Shown here piece by piece: positions 1 to 8,470 of a stretch of 64,000 nucleotides of DNA (positions are counted from its first letter, which is position 1; each line of letters starts with the position of its first letter). A program made the translations under genes and the position numbers. Source of the stretch: Cyanobacteriota bacterium (GTDB lineage Bacteria > Cyanobacteriota > Cyanobacteriia > Cyanobacteriales > Nostocaceae); the NCBI GenBank assembly GCA_046045965.1, contig JBJOKS010000001.1, positions 124,244 to 188,243 on the forward strand, read 5' to 3'. Below the pieces are notes generated by a model that searched no databases, was not told the DNA's origin, and was given only the letters and a program-made list of their open reading frames with translations.

Positions 1-489
1 TCTTTGTAACTTAGGAATATTCAAGGCTAAATTTTCTATTGTTGTTTCAGCAGCAAGTTTTTTACTGGTTTCTTCTGTAGGTAAAATTTCCCCCGCAGCA
101 GAATATCTAAAAAACTCCGTACAATTTTCTATTAATGGAGAAACTAACAAATTTTCATCGTACCAATTATCTTTTTTATGTCCACAATGTACGGGAATTT
201 TTGGTTGAGTTTCATCTTCTCCTTGACAGGAAACCATCAGATTAAAATAATCAAATCTCACAGTTTCATCTGTACCTTGAGGTTTAAAATGTTCAATATG
301 ACAACTTCCTTTATCTATAGCAACACCACAGTAACAACAAATATAACCCTGTTCTTTTAATAAAGTCTCTAAAAGCTGATCTTTAACTACCGTTCTTCTA
401 AAACTTTTCCAACTAGGAATTTTATCACCTTGTTTAATTTTCCACGCAGATAAACTATTAAGTTCGACACCCTTTTGAATATATTTCAT
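1..489 (-). CDS. ptuB: HNH endonuclease, Septu PtuB-like (TIGR02646-type); partial, 3' end runs off the window
   Basis: Absent from the ORF track because it has no stop inside the window. My reverse-complement translation from ATG 489-487 reads MKYIQKGVELNSLSAWKIKQGDKIPSWKSFRRTVVKDQLLETLLKEQGYICCYCGVAIDKGSCHIEHFKPQGTDETVRFDYFNLMVSCQGEDETQPKIPVHCGHKKDNWYDENLLVSPLIENC... This gives a CxYC...HIEHF...N...HC HNH-like pattern. The start overlaps the stop of the upstream ATPase gene (ATGA, 486-489). Confidence 0.7.
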   Translation of the reverse strand, partial: MKYIQKGVELNSLSAWKIKQGDKIPSWKSFRRTVVKDQLLETLLKEQGYICCYCGVAIDKGSCHIEHFKPQGTDETVRFDYFNLMVSCQGEDETQPKIPVHCGHKKDNWYDENLLVSPLIENCTEFFRYSAAGEILPTEETSKKLAAETTIENLALNIPKLQR

Positions 490-1736
490 TTACGCGAAAG
501 TCCTTTTCTCCTCATTAAAATATCTGCTTTGACAAACTGCGCTTCATCTTCACCAATTTTTGCTGCTAATTCTTGTCGTAATTGTTTAGCAGCGTCTAAA
601 TTTCCTGCATCAATTAAACGAAATAATCTTAAAAGTTCCTGTTTTATTTCCTGTGGACGTTCAGGAACATTCATTAAATCTTCTAAAATTTGATTACTAT
701 CTCGACCATAGGAACTTTCAGGACGTTTAGCAATTATACCATCATTGGTTTTTTCTAAAATGTAAATTCCTTGGGGTTTAACTTGACTAATTACTTGTGG
801 TGAATGGGTAGTAACTATAAACTGACAATGGGAAAAAGTTCTAGTTAAAGCTGGGATAATTTCTCTTTGCCATTTTGGATGTAAATGTAATTCAATTTCA
901 TCAATTAAAACTACTCCATAACCATCTAGAGGATTTTCTAAACCAGGGTTAGCAATAGCTAATCTTCTCGCTAAATCTCCTACCATTGCTAATAAGCATT
1001 TTTCCCCATCTGATAATTGATTAACTATTAATTCTTCACCATCTTTTTCTACTGTCATTCTTAAAGGAGAACGACGAACACGCAGTTTTTTAAAATTAGG
1101 AATTAGTGAAGATATTGCTTGTCTAACAGCTTCTAATTCTTTATCTTTATAATCATGTAAATCTCGGAGTGTTTCGCTTTCTATATCTTCTCGATTTCTA
1201 AACCATTGGAAAAATTTAGAAAAACTAATTTTTACACCTATTAAGGATTCTTCATAAGCGTCTATTTGTTTAAATTCTGACTTGTGAGGAACTTCTAAAT
1301 CAATATCAATAACTGCTCGATTAGTAGGATAATAAACTATTAGGGGTATGTTATACAAAATATTACTATACCAATTTCTCCAAATAGCATTACAAGCTGC
1401 TCTTATTTTTTCATGTCCTGATTCTTCAGATATTCCATGACGATTTCTAAAAATTGTCCAATTATTTTCACCGGGAGATAATATTGTAATATCTAATATT
1501 GTGCCATTACTTTTATTAGAAATATCCAGTTCATTAAATACTTTTACTTCTTGAGTATCAGCAACCCCTCCTATCCATTCCATATAACGAGAAAGCAATA
1601 AACAAAGAGCATCAAGAATACTTGATTTACCCACACCATTAATACCAATAAATACTGTAGGTTCTATTTCATCAAAGTCTATTATTAAATTATCAATTCC
1701 GCGAAAAAATTGTATTTTTAGCTGCTTAATTCTCAT
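486..1736 (-). CDS. ptuA: ABC/SMC-type (AAA_15/21-like) ATPase, Septu PtuA-like
   Basis: Walker A GINGVGKSS, signature-like LSDGEKCLL, Walker B VVLIDEIELHLHP, H-loop TTHSP. No TOPRIM or other nuclease domain. Translationally coupled to the downstream HNH gene. Confidence 0.75.
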   Translation of the reverse strand: MRIKQLKIQFFRGIDNLIIDFDEIEPTVFIGINGVGKSSILDALCLLLSRYMEWIGGVADTQEVKVFNELDISNKSNGTILDITILSPGENNWTIFRNRHGISEESGHEKIRAACNAIWRNWYSNILYNIPLIVYYPTNRAVIDIDLEVPHKSEFKQIDAYEESLIGVKISFSKFFQWFRNREDIESETLRDLHDYKDKELEAVRQAISSLIPNFKKLRVRRSPLRMTVEKDGEELIVNQLSDGEKCLLAMVGDLARRLAIANPGLENPLDGYGVVLIDEIELHLHPKWQREIIPALTRTFSHCQFIVTTHSPQVISQVKPQGIYILEKTNDGIIAKRPESSYGRDSNQILEDLMNVPERPQEIKQELLRLFRLIDAGNLDAAKQLRQELAAKIGEDEAQFVKADILMRRKGLSRK

Positions 1737-1764
1737 AATTCCTATAGTTTTACTATGCTGTAAA

Positions 1765-1812
1765 CCTTCCCTCTTTCTCTCTGCGTCCTCTGCGTCTCTG
1801 CGGTTCGTTCAA
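1765..1812. repeat. Dispersed CTCTGCG-type short repeat element (copy 1)
   Basis: The sequence ctctttctctctgcgtcctctgcgtctctgcggttcgtt has related copies at 36195-36235 (same orientation), 56645-56695 (reverse orientation) and, looser, 5440-5470. Confidence 0.5.
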
Positions 1813-1824
1813 AAAAATCCATAA

Positions 1825-1882
1825 TCACCTACCCAACATTTTATCCCTTAAATGTTTAATGCGATCGCCAATTTTCACCGCC
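1825..1882 (-). pseudogene. Relic copy of the uvrB 3' terminus
   Basis: Reverse-complement translation gives [18 protein letters not shown], versus the live uvrB C-terminus [18 protein letters not shown] at 2461-2517. The core tacccaacattttatcccttaaatg(t/c)ttaat is shared. Confidence 0.55.
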
Positions 1883-1883
1883 T

Positions 1884-2444
1884 TTAAACCTTCCTCAAAA
1901 AATCCATAATTGTAATTTCACACTCAGGAAAAGCTAAAGGTGATATAGTTAAATTTTCCCCTAAAATACTTTCACTTTGATAACCTGCGATACTCGGATC
2001 ATGATAAACACATAACTTACGTCCATTAACGTCTAAAACCCAATAATCAATAATACCCGACTTAGCATAAGCTAAACTTTTAACTTCCCGGTCATATTTC
2101 AAACTAGAATCAGCAACTTCAATCACTAAAAACACTTCCGATGGTTGAGGATGATGATCTTCATAATCTAAAACATTCGTTTTCACAACCGCAACATCTG
2201 GTTCAGGTTCAGAAAAATCATCAAGAGTAATAGGTGATTGAGTCCTAATTAAAACCTGATCACCCAAACGTTGATTTAAAATTCTTTGTATTCTAGTAAT
2301 AGCTGCTTCGTGTGCAGTTCCTTTAGCTGCCATTTTAAGAATTTGTCCTGATAGTAACTCTAGACGTTCTTCCGGGTGAAAAATCCCCATTTCCACCATT
2401 CTATGGTATTCTGTAACACTAATTTGGCGAATGTTAGTTAACAT
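1884..2444 (-). CDS. Uma2 family (DUF820) PD-(D/E)xK-like endonuclease
   Basis: Family-typical strings: EYHRMVEMGIF..ERLELLSGQI, PEPDVAVV, VFLVIEVADSSLKYDREVKSLAYAKSGIIDYWVLD. Confidence 0.8.
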   Translation of the reverse strand: MLTNIRQISVTEYHRMVEMGIFHPEERLELLSGQILKMAAKGTAHEAAITRIQRILNQRLGDQVLIRTQSPITLDDFSEPEPDVAVVKTNVLDYEDHHPQPSEVFLVIEVADSSLKYDREVKSLAYAKSGIIDYWVLDVNGRKLCVYHDPSIAGYQSESILGENLTISPLAFPECEITIMDFLRKV

Positions 2445-2460
2445 AAAAATTCCTTTATTA

Positions 2461-4488
2461 TTACTTACCCAACATTTTATCCCTTAAATGCTTAATCCTA
2501 TCCCGTAACTTTGCAGCTTCTTCAAACTCCATCTTTTTCGCTGCTTCCTTCATCTGTTTTTCCAACACAGTAATTAACTCAGGAATATCCTCCAAAGCAA
2601 ACTCATCAATATGTTCATCAACCACCTTTAAATCACTAGCATTCAACCTGCGAGAAACATCCAAAAATGATAAAATTGCATTACTTGATTTTTTCACAAT
2701 CGGTTGCGGAGTAATCCCGTGCATTTTATTATAAGCCATTTGAATACCCCTTCTTCGATCAGTTTCCTCAATAGCTTTAATCATGCTATCTGTTAATTTA
2801 TCAGCATACATTATCGCTTTCCCGTTAATATGACGCGCAGCACGGCCAATAGTTTGAATTAACGAACGTTCCGCACGTAAGAAACCTTCCTTATCTGCAT
2901 CCATGATAGCAACTAAAGAAACTTCCGGTAAATCCAAACCTTCTCGCAATAAATTTACACCCACCAAAACATCAAATTTACCAATTCTTAAATCTTGTAG
3001 AATTTCAATTCTCTGAATAGAATTAATCTCAGAATGCAAATATCTAACTTTAATTCCCCTCTCTTCCAAATATTCAGTTAAATCTTCCGCCATGCGTTTA
3101 GTTAAGGTGGTAATTAACACCCGTTCTTTAAGTTCAACTCTATCTTTAATTTCTCCTAATAAATCATCAACTTGTCCATCTGTGGGACGCACAAATATTT
3201 CTGGATCAATAACTCCAGTTGGTCTAATTACCTGTTCTACTATATTATCTTCTGAAATTTCAATTTCCCAATTTCCCGGAGTAGCAGAAACGAAAATACA
3301 TTGATTAACTTTTTGCCAAAATTCTTCAGCTTTTAAAGGACGATTATCAGCAGCACTAGGAAGACGAAAACCATGATCAATTAAAACTTTCTTCCGTGCT
3401 TGATCACCATTGTACATTCCGCGAATTTGGGGAACAGTAACGTGAGATTCATCAATTACTAATAACCAATCTTTAGGAAAATAATCAATTAAACATTCTG
3501 GTGGTTCTCCTGCTTGTCTACCTGCTAAATGACGAGAATAATTTTCTACACCGTTACAATATCCCACTTCTCTTAACATTTCAATATCATAACGAGTGCG
3601 TTGATCTATTCTTTGTGCTTCTACTAATTTTCCTAATTCTTCTAAGTTTAATTTCTGTGCTTTTAATTCAGCGGCGATATCTGCACAAGCAATTTCTAAC
3701 CTTTCTTCTGGGGTGACAAAGTGACGCGCAGGATAGATATTGACTGTTTCTAAACTGCTGAGAATTTCCCCCGTTACCGGATCAATATAACGTATTGCGT
3801 CTATTTCATCGCCAAAAAATTCAATTCTAATTATTCTATCTTCGTAAGCCGGTCCAATTTCTAAAACATCACCACGAACTCTAAATTTACCCCGTCCCAT
3901 TTCGACATCGTTGCGGCTATACTGCACAGATGTTAAATCTCGTAAAATCTGCCTTTGGTTAACTTCCATACCTATTTCTAGTTTAATTGCGGCTTTGAGG
4001 TATTCTGCGGGCATCCCTAAACCGTAAATACAACTAATGGAAGCAACAACAATTACATCACGACGTTCAAATAGAGAACGAGTTGCAGAATGTCGTAACA
4101 TATCTATTTCATCATTAATCGCTGCTGTTTTTTCTATATAAGTATCAGTAACGGGAATATAAGCTTCCGGTTGATAATAGTCGTAATAACTAACAAAATA
4201 CTCGACAGCGTTATGGGGGAAAAATTCCCGTAACTCATTACATAACTGCGCTGCAAGGGTTTTGTTATGTGCCAGAACTAGGGTAGGTTTACCAACTTTT
4301 TCAATAACTGCTGCGATAGAAAACGTCTTACCCGTTCCCGTTGCACCGAGTAAGGTTTGATAACGACTACCAGCTTGGATGCTTTTAAAAAGTTGGGCGA
4401 TCGCCTGTGGTTGATCACCAGTGGGAGTAAAAGGAGCTTGAAGACTAAATTCTGTCATAACCGTTTCGCTGAACATACCCTTTCCCAT
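2461..4488 (-). CDS. uvrB: Excinuclease ABC subunit B
   Basis: Walker [10 protein letters not shown], helicase motifs (DESH, beta-hairpin region) and the C-terminal UVR motif [12 protein letters not shown]. The real start may be the internal Met (MFSE.. or MTEF..). Confidence 0.97.
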   Translation of the reverse strand: MGKGMFSETVMTEFSLQAPFTPTGDQPQAIAQLFKSIQAGSRYQTLLGATGTGKTFSIAAVIEKVGKPTLVLAHNKTLAAQLCNELREFFPHNAVEYFVSYYDYYQPEAYIPVTDTYIEKTAAINDEIDMLRHSATRSLFERRDVIVVASISCIYGLGMPAEYLKAAIKLEIGMEVNQRQILRDLTSVQYSRNDVEMGRGKFRVRGDVLEIGPAYEDRIIRIEFFGDEIDAIRYIDPVTGEILSSLETVNIYPARHFVTPEERLEIACADIAAELKAQKLNLEELGKLVEAQRIDQRTRYDIEMLREVGYCNGVENYSRHLAGRQAGEPPECLIDYFPKDWLLVIDESHVTVPQIRGMYNGDQARKKVLIDHGFRLPSAADNRPLKAEEFWQKVNQCIFVSATPGNWEIEISEDNIVEQVIRPTGVIDPEIFVRPTDGQVDDLLGEIKDRVELKERVLITTLTKRMAEDLTEYLEERGIKVRYLHSEINSIQRIEILQDLRIGKFDVLVGVNLLREGLDLPEVSLVAIMDADKEGFLRAERSLIQTIGRAARHINGKAIMYADKLTDSMIKAIEETDRRRGIQMAYNKMHGITPQPIVKKSSNAILSFLDVSRRLNASDLKVVDEHIDEFALEDIPELITVLEKQMKEAAKKMEFEEAAKLRDRIKHLRDKMLGK

Positions 4489-4726
4489 AGTAGCGATAGT
4501 GGGGATGCGATCGCCTAACCGTGTAATCAGATATTGTTTACAAAAGTTTACTCTTTTAATTTACTTATGTATCTGTTTTGAAGAAACTTATATCTATATG
4601 TGGTTTTTTAAGGTTACACTCTTGTATATGGGAAAAAATAAACCTTTCCTTAAATATTGTAAAATTCACGTAACAAGCTAGAGGTGTTAGTTTATAAACC
4701 ACCTCAGATGCAAAGGAGATAAAAAA

Positions 4727-5077
4727 GTGGAAGAAAATCAAGGTAATACAGAACAAGGTTCTCAGGGGACAATTATAGTTGCTGGAGAGCGTCCTATTGG
4801 TAGCAGCGACTTACAATTTTCAGGAACAGTATCAATAGCTGGTTTACGTCCCATTAGTACAAGTAGTATACAAGTGATTGAAACTTACAATTCAATGGGA
4901 ATTCGTCCCATTACTGCGAATACATTTCAAGTAGTGAATAGTATTAACCTATCCGGTATTCGTCCAATTGCTTCCAGTGCATTGGTCGTTTCGGAAAACT
5001 ATTCAATATTTGGTAATCGTCCCATAGCATCAAATACAGTTGATGATTCTGAGGTTTTGATGGGTTTTCTCGACTAA
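4727..5077 (+). CDS. Hypothetical protein with five ~19-aa G-x-RPI repeats
   Basis: GTG start with AAGGAG 8 nt upstream. Repeats: GERPIGSS, GLRPISTS, GIRPITAN, GIRPIASS, GNRPIASN. Followed by an intrinsic terminator. Confidence 0.6.
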   Translation: MEENQGNTEQGSQGTIIVAGERPIGSSDLQFSGTVSIAGLRPISTSSIQVIETYNSMGIRPITANTFQVVNSINLSGIRPIASSALVVSENYSIFGNRPIASNTVDDSEVLMGFLD

Positions 5078-5104
5078 TTTCTAATATTATCCTCATATCT
5101 TTTC

Positions 5105-5138
5105 AACCCGGTTTTATCAATAAACTGGGTTTTTTTTA
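5105..5138 (+). terminator. Rho-independent terminator
   Basis: Stem aacccggttt / aaactgggtt (one G.U pair), followed by a T7 run. Confidence 0.65.
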
Positions 5139-5253
5139 TTCCTTATTCCTTTTTGCATAGATATCTAATATATCGTATATATCTTGTGGTGGAAGTGTTA
5201 AGTCAATATTCAAGCTAATTTAGTAGGGTGATTAGTAATTATAGGTAAAAAAA

Positions 5254-5436
5254 ATGAGCATAGAAAAACGGGCGAAAGCCACAGGTAAAAATATTGAAGG
5301 TAAAGCACAAGAAGCTTTAGGAAATATGACTGGTGATCCCGAAGATAAAGCTGAAGGTAAGGCCAAACAAACAGAAAGTGAAGTGCGTCACTCTGTGGAA
5401 GATGTCAAAGATAATGTAAAAAAAAAGCTTGATTAA
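5254..5436 (+). CDS. CsbD-family general stress protein
   Basis: A 60-aa Lys/Glu-rich protein: GKNIEGKAQEALGNMTGDPEDKAEGKAKQ...VKDNVKKKL, the typical CsbD pattern. Confidence 0.8.
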   Translation: MSIEKRAKATGKNIEGKAQEALGNMTGDPEDKAEGKAKQTESEVRHSVEDVKDNVKKKLD

Positions 5437-5509
5437 AAGAACGCAGATAAACGCAGATAGACGCAGATGATTTATTGATGAGAAAGTTTGTTATCTGAGG
5501 AGTAAAATT

Positions 5510-5950
5510 ATGATTTTAATTCAGCAGAGTCGCAAAATATTGACGGCTTTTGTGTTGATTTTAATATTAACTTTAACTACTGCTTGTGGTGGGGGAAGAG
5601 TTGCAGAAGTTGATCGTACAACTACTCCACCAGCAGTAGGGAGAGATGTGACTTATGCTGAATTAGAACGCGGTAATACTCCCGCAGGGCAAAATTTTGG
5701 AAACTGGGTTGTGCAGACTTCTAAGGGATTAGTTACAGATGCTTTTGTGAGAGATAATAATAAATTAGGTGTGGTTATTTCGCCTCAAGTTAGTCCTAAG
5801 GAAGTGCGTCCTTTAGCAAATTCTTTGGTGCAGGGTTTTAGAAAGAATTTTCCTAACCAAGATGTGAAGGTTTTGATCTATGCACCTGATAAAAAATTAA
5901 TTTTAACTGCTGATTATATTGCTCAGACAAATCAAGTTAGGTATAGCTAA
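5510..5950 (+). CDS. Hypothetical lipoprotein
   Basis: GAGGAG RBS 8 nt upstream. Signal peptide with lipobox LTTAC. Confidence 0.6.
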   Translation: MILIQQSRKILTAFVLILILTLTTACGGGRVAEVDRTTTPPAVGRDVTYAELERGNTPAGQNFGNWVVQTSKGLVTDAFVRDNNKLGVVISPQVSPKEVRPLANSLVQGFRKNFPNQDVKVLIYAPDKKLILTADYIAQTNQVRYS

Positions 5951-6020
5951 CCATAAAAGGTAATTGAAAATTCAAAATCACAGCTTCATTGTGTAAATAA
6001 TAAATCAGGAGAGCAGTCAC

Positions 6021-6542
6021 GTGAGAAGTAGTGAAGAATATAAACGCGAGATTATGAAAGATTTGGCTCAGGGAAATGTCGAATCTTTGGATAATATGCC
6101 GACAGATACGACAAATGAATATGAAACTTTTGATGATTTTGCTCAACGCACAACAACAGATCAAAGACGGCATTTATTTAATCAATCTTTGCAACCAGAC
6201 CGTATTCCTCCTAGTCAGATGGAACCGGAGTTACAAAAGGCAATTTCTCAAATTAAACCCAATGAAAGAGATGATGTAGCAAGAGCTTTTTTCAAACAAT
6301 TAAAGGAACGAGGACTGGATGATAAAAGGTTAGAACAGCAGTTAAATCTTTCTACTCATCATCCTAACCGTATGACTGCTGATGATGTGAGTAAATTAGC
6401 CTCTTTTACCTATCATAATCATCCTGATGTTTTTCGTGAAGTGTTAGCGGAACAACCAGGAATTATCAAGTTTCTTAGTAATCCTATTGTGGCGGGAATT
6501 ATTGGTATTGCGGCGGCTAAATGGTTGGGTAGTCGGAAGTGA
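6021..6542 (+). CDS. Hypothetical protein with C-terminal membrane anchor
   Basis: GTG start with AGGAG upstream. C-terminal hydrophobic segment IVAGIIGIAAAKWLG. No recognisable domain. Confidence 0.5.
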   Translation: MRSSEEYKREIMKDLAQGNVESLDNMPTDTTNEYETFDDFAQRTTTDQRRHLFNQSLQPDRIPPSQMEPELQKAISQIKPNERDDVARAFFKQLKERGLDDKRLEQQLNLSTHHPNRMTADDVSKLASFTYHNHPDVFREVLAEQPGIIKFLSNPIVAGIIGIAAAKWLGSRK

Positions 6543-6675
6543 TTATCTGTAGTTTTGTAGTAAATAAGTTCCCCGACTTCTGCTTTGTTTGGTAAGAAGT
6601 TGGGGATCTAGGTTCTATACTCGAAAAAAGATTATTCCTAATTGTAGAAATAAGATAATGGAAACTTTAATCTGA

Positions 6676-6738
6676 GATCCCCGACTTCTGTAATAAATTG
6701 ATAATTTATTGACAAGTTTAAAAAAGAAGTCGGGGATC
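6676..6738. repeat. Perfect 13-bp inverted repeat GATCCCCGACTTC...GAAGTCGGGGATC (CCCCGACTTC family)
   Basis: Arms at 6676-6688 and 6726-6738. Related hairpins occur at 6571-6605 and 7559-7583. Confidence 0.8.
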
Positions 6739-6780
6739 TGATGTTGATCGTTTTGTTTGTGCGATCGCCTACACCACTAC

Positions 6781-7176
6781 CTAACCTTCTCCCTGACCAC
6801 CTGATTGCTTGATTAAATAATCTAAAATTCTGTCAATTCGTTCCAAGGCAGCATTTGTGGTACGCTGAAACTCTTGATTGTTTCTTTGGAACTCCTGATT
6901 ATTTCTTTGAAACTCCTGAAACTGCCTTTCAGACTGCCTTAGTGCTTGCTGGTGTAAACGTGCAATATCCGCAAGGTTGGTTACTGTTCTCTCTAGTCGT
7001 GCTAAAGCTTGACTGTTAGAACGGGTTTCACGTCTGACACCCTCCTGAATAGTACGGACTAAATCAATTTCATCTCCAAGCTGATCTAATCTGCTATCAA
7101 TATCATCCAGTCTTGCATATACAGCATTTTCCGGTGTAATGAGGTACAATTTGGGCGGGCAAGATGCCCACCCCAC
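6781..7176 (-). CDS. Hypothetical coiled-coil protein with QEFQRNN tandem repeat
   Basis: There is no ATG in the open frame. The only early start is a GTG that lies inside a dispersed-repeat copy (GWASCPPK). The rest is heptad-like Q/E/R-rich sequence. Confidence 0.4.
   Translation of the reverse strand: MGWASCPPKLYLITPENAVYARLDDIDSRLDQLGDEIDLVRTIQEGVRRETRSNSQALARLERTVTNLADIARLHQQALRQSERQFQEFQRNNQEFQRNNQEFQRTTNAALERIDRILDYLIKQSGGQGEG
6865..6927. repeat. 3 x 21-bp in-frame tandem repeat
   Basis: Units ctgaaactcttgattgtttct / ttggaactcctgattatttct / ttgaaactcctgaaactgcct, encoding QEFQRNN x3 on the minus strand. Confidence 0.85.
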
Positions 7177-7250
7177 AAGAGTTTCATGATGATGATTTGT
7201 ACCTCATAAGAACGAAATCTGCTGTATATCTTCTGATGGCTGTGAATTAC

Positions 7251-7421
7251 TCATAATACCTCTTTATTTTGTGGGTTTTCTTTATTTTTCTCCTTAATAG
7301 CTTTCGTCACAATGTACGCGGCCAGGTTAGCTGGTGTACGCTCCTGTTCTTCAGCTATGTTTATAAGCTCTTTATATATTTCTTCATCCAGTGTAATTGT
7401 CACTCTCGGTCTGATAGCCAT
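7251..7421 (-). CDS. Ribbon-helix-helix (CopG/antitoxin-like) DNA-binding protein
   Basis: Internal Met start at 7421 gives MAIRPRVTITLDEEIYKELINIAEEQERTPANLAAYIVTKAI, a classic RHH beta-alpha-alpha N-terminus. The longer ORF (to 7505) adds an implausible leader. Confidence 0.6.
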   Translation of the reverse strand: MAIRPRVTITLDEEIYKELINIAEEQERTPANLAAYIVTKAIKEKNKENPQNKEVL

Positions 7422-7545
7422 AGGTCTAATATCTAGCAGTGACACTATTTTAGATTCCTGTTGATCAAAAAATACTAAGCTGACTGCTAACGCGATTAAC
7501 ATCACAGGTCTACTATAGCATCATCAGCAGCAAATTTAAATTTCA

Positions 7546-7583
7546 TAAAAAAATAAACCCCCGACTTCCTAAAGAAATCGAGG
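7546..7583 (-). terminator. Rho-independent terminator downstream of rpe
   Basis: On the minus strand: cctcgatttc / gaagtcgggg stem (two G.U pairs), followed by gtttattttttt. Confidence 0.6.
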
Positions 7584-7614
7584 ATTTAAGTATTATTCAG
7601 TTAACAGTATTCAA

Positions 7615-8322
7615 TTAAACAGCCGCTAATTCCTTAGTAGGACGCTTGCTGTTACGAATATTATTGATTGCTTCCGCATAGTCAGGAGCATTAAACACAG
7701 CAGAACCAGCTACAATAGCATTAGCGCCGGCTTCCAAAACTTGCCAGGTGTTATTAGCTTTGAGTCCACCATCAACTTCGATCCAAGGATCTAAACCGCG
7801 TTCATCACACATTTGACGCAGTTTACGAATTTTAGGAACGACGCTAGGAATAAAGCTTTGTCCACCGAAACCGGGGTTAACGCTCATAATCAGCACTAAA
7901 TCACATAGTTCCAGTACGTATTCAATTAATTCTAAAGGTGTACCAGGGTTGAGTACAACTCCAGCTTGTTTACCGAGTTCTTTGATTTGTCCCAAAGTCC
8001 GGTGTAAGTGAGGTGAAGCGTTATGTTCAGCGTGTACAGAAATGATATCAGCACCAGCCTTAGCAAAACCTTCTACATACTTTTCTGGTTCCACGATCAT
8101 TAAGTGGACATCCAGGGGTTTGGTTGTAATCGGACGAATCGCCTCCACAACCAGAGGACCTATTGTAATATTAGGTACAAAACGTCCGTCCATTACATCA
8201 ACGTGAATCCAATCTGCTCCCGCTTTGTCCACAGCGCGAATATCGTCACCTAGACGACTAAAATCCGCTGATAGGATAGATGGAGAGATAACTATAGGCT
8301 TTTTAGATGGGCTTTGGGTCAT
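7615..8322 (-). CDS. rpe: Ribulose-phosphate 3-epimerase
   Basis: [39 protein letters not shown] motifs. Start taken at the Met of MTQSPSKKP. Confidence 0.95.
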   Translation of the reverse strand: MTQSPSKKPIVISPSILSADFSRLGDDIRAVDKAGADWIHVDVMDGRFVPNITIGPLVVEAIRPITTKPLDVHLMIVEPEKYVEGFAKAGADIISVHAEHNASPHLHRTLGQIKELGKQAGVVLNPGTPLELIEYVLELCDLVLIMSVNPGFGGQSFIPSVVPKIRKLRQMCDERGLDPWIEVDGGLKANNTWQVLEAGANAIVAGSAVFNAPDYAEAINNIRNSKRPTKELAAV

Positions 8323-8381
8323 GGCTAGTGGGTTCTTAATCGTCCTCGTCTGTAGGCATTGTAACAAAATATGGAGAAATC

Positions 8382-8458
8382 AATTCATAATTCATAATTC
8401 ATAATTCATAATTTTTCAGAAAACTCCTCCTTTTGCCTTTTGCCTCTTGCCTTTTGCT
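8382..8458. repeat. STRR-type heptamer tandem repeats (AATTCAT x4, CTTTTGC x4)
   Basis: Read directly: caattcataattcataattcataattcataattt ... ccttttgccttttgcctcttgccttttgc. Confidence 0.9.
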
Positions 8459-8470
8459 TCAAAATGGACT

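Noticed and set aside
1737-1883. A possible retron (msr/msd + RT) associated with the ATPase+HNH pair.
   Set aside because: No reverse-transcriptase ORF is present. The upstream spacer is occupied by a dispersed repeat and the uvrB relic. I therefore called it Septu-like. The region downstream of ptuB lies outside the window and cannot be excluded.
3092-3716. Plus-strand ORFs (70 and 71 aa) inside uvrB. Similar antisense ORFs occur inside recA (33380-34507), the flv genes (10639-11458, 12808-13914), the NACHT gene (15742-17316) and lpdA (50777-51379).
   Set aside because: All lie antisense within strongly supported genes, lack motifs, and have skewed composition typical of shadow ORFs.
4499-4756. 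Small ORFs (60 and 63 aa) in the divergent region between uvrB and the 4727 gene.
   Set aside because: They are AT-rich, overlap each other and the promoter/RBS region of the flanking genes, and have no support.
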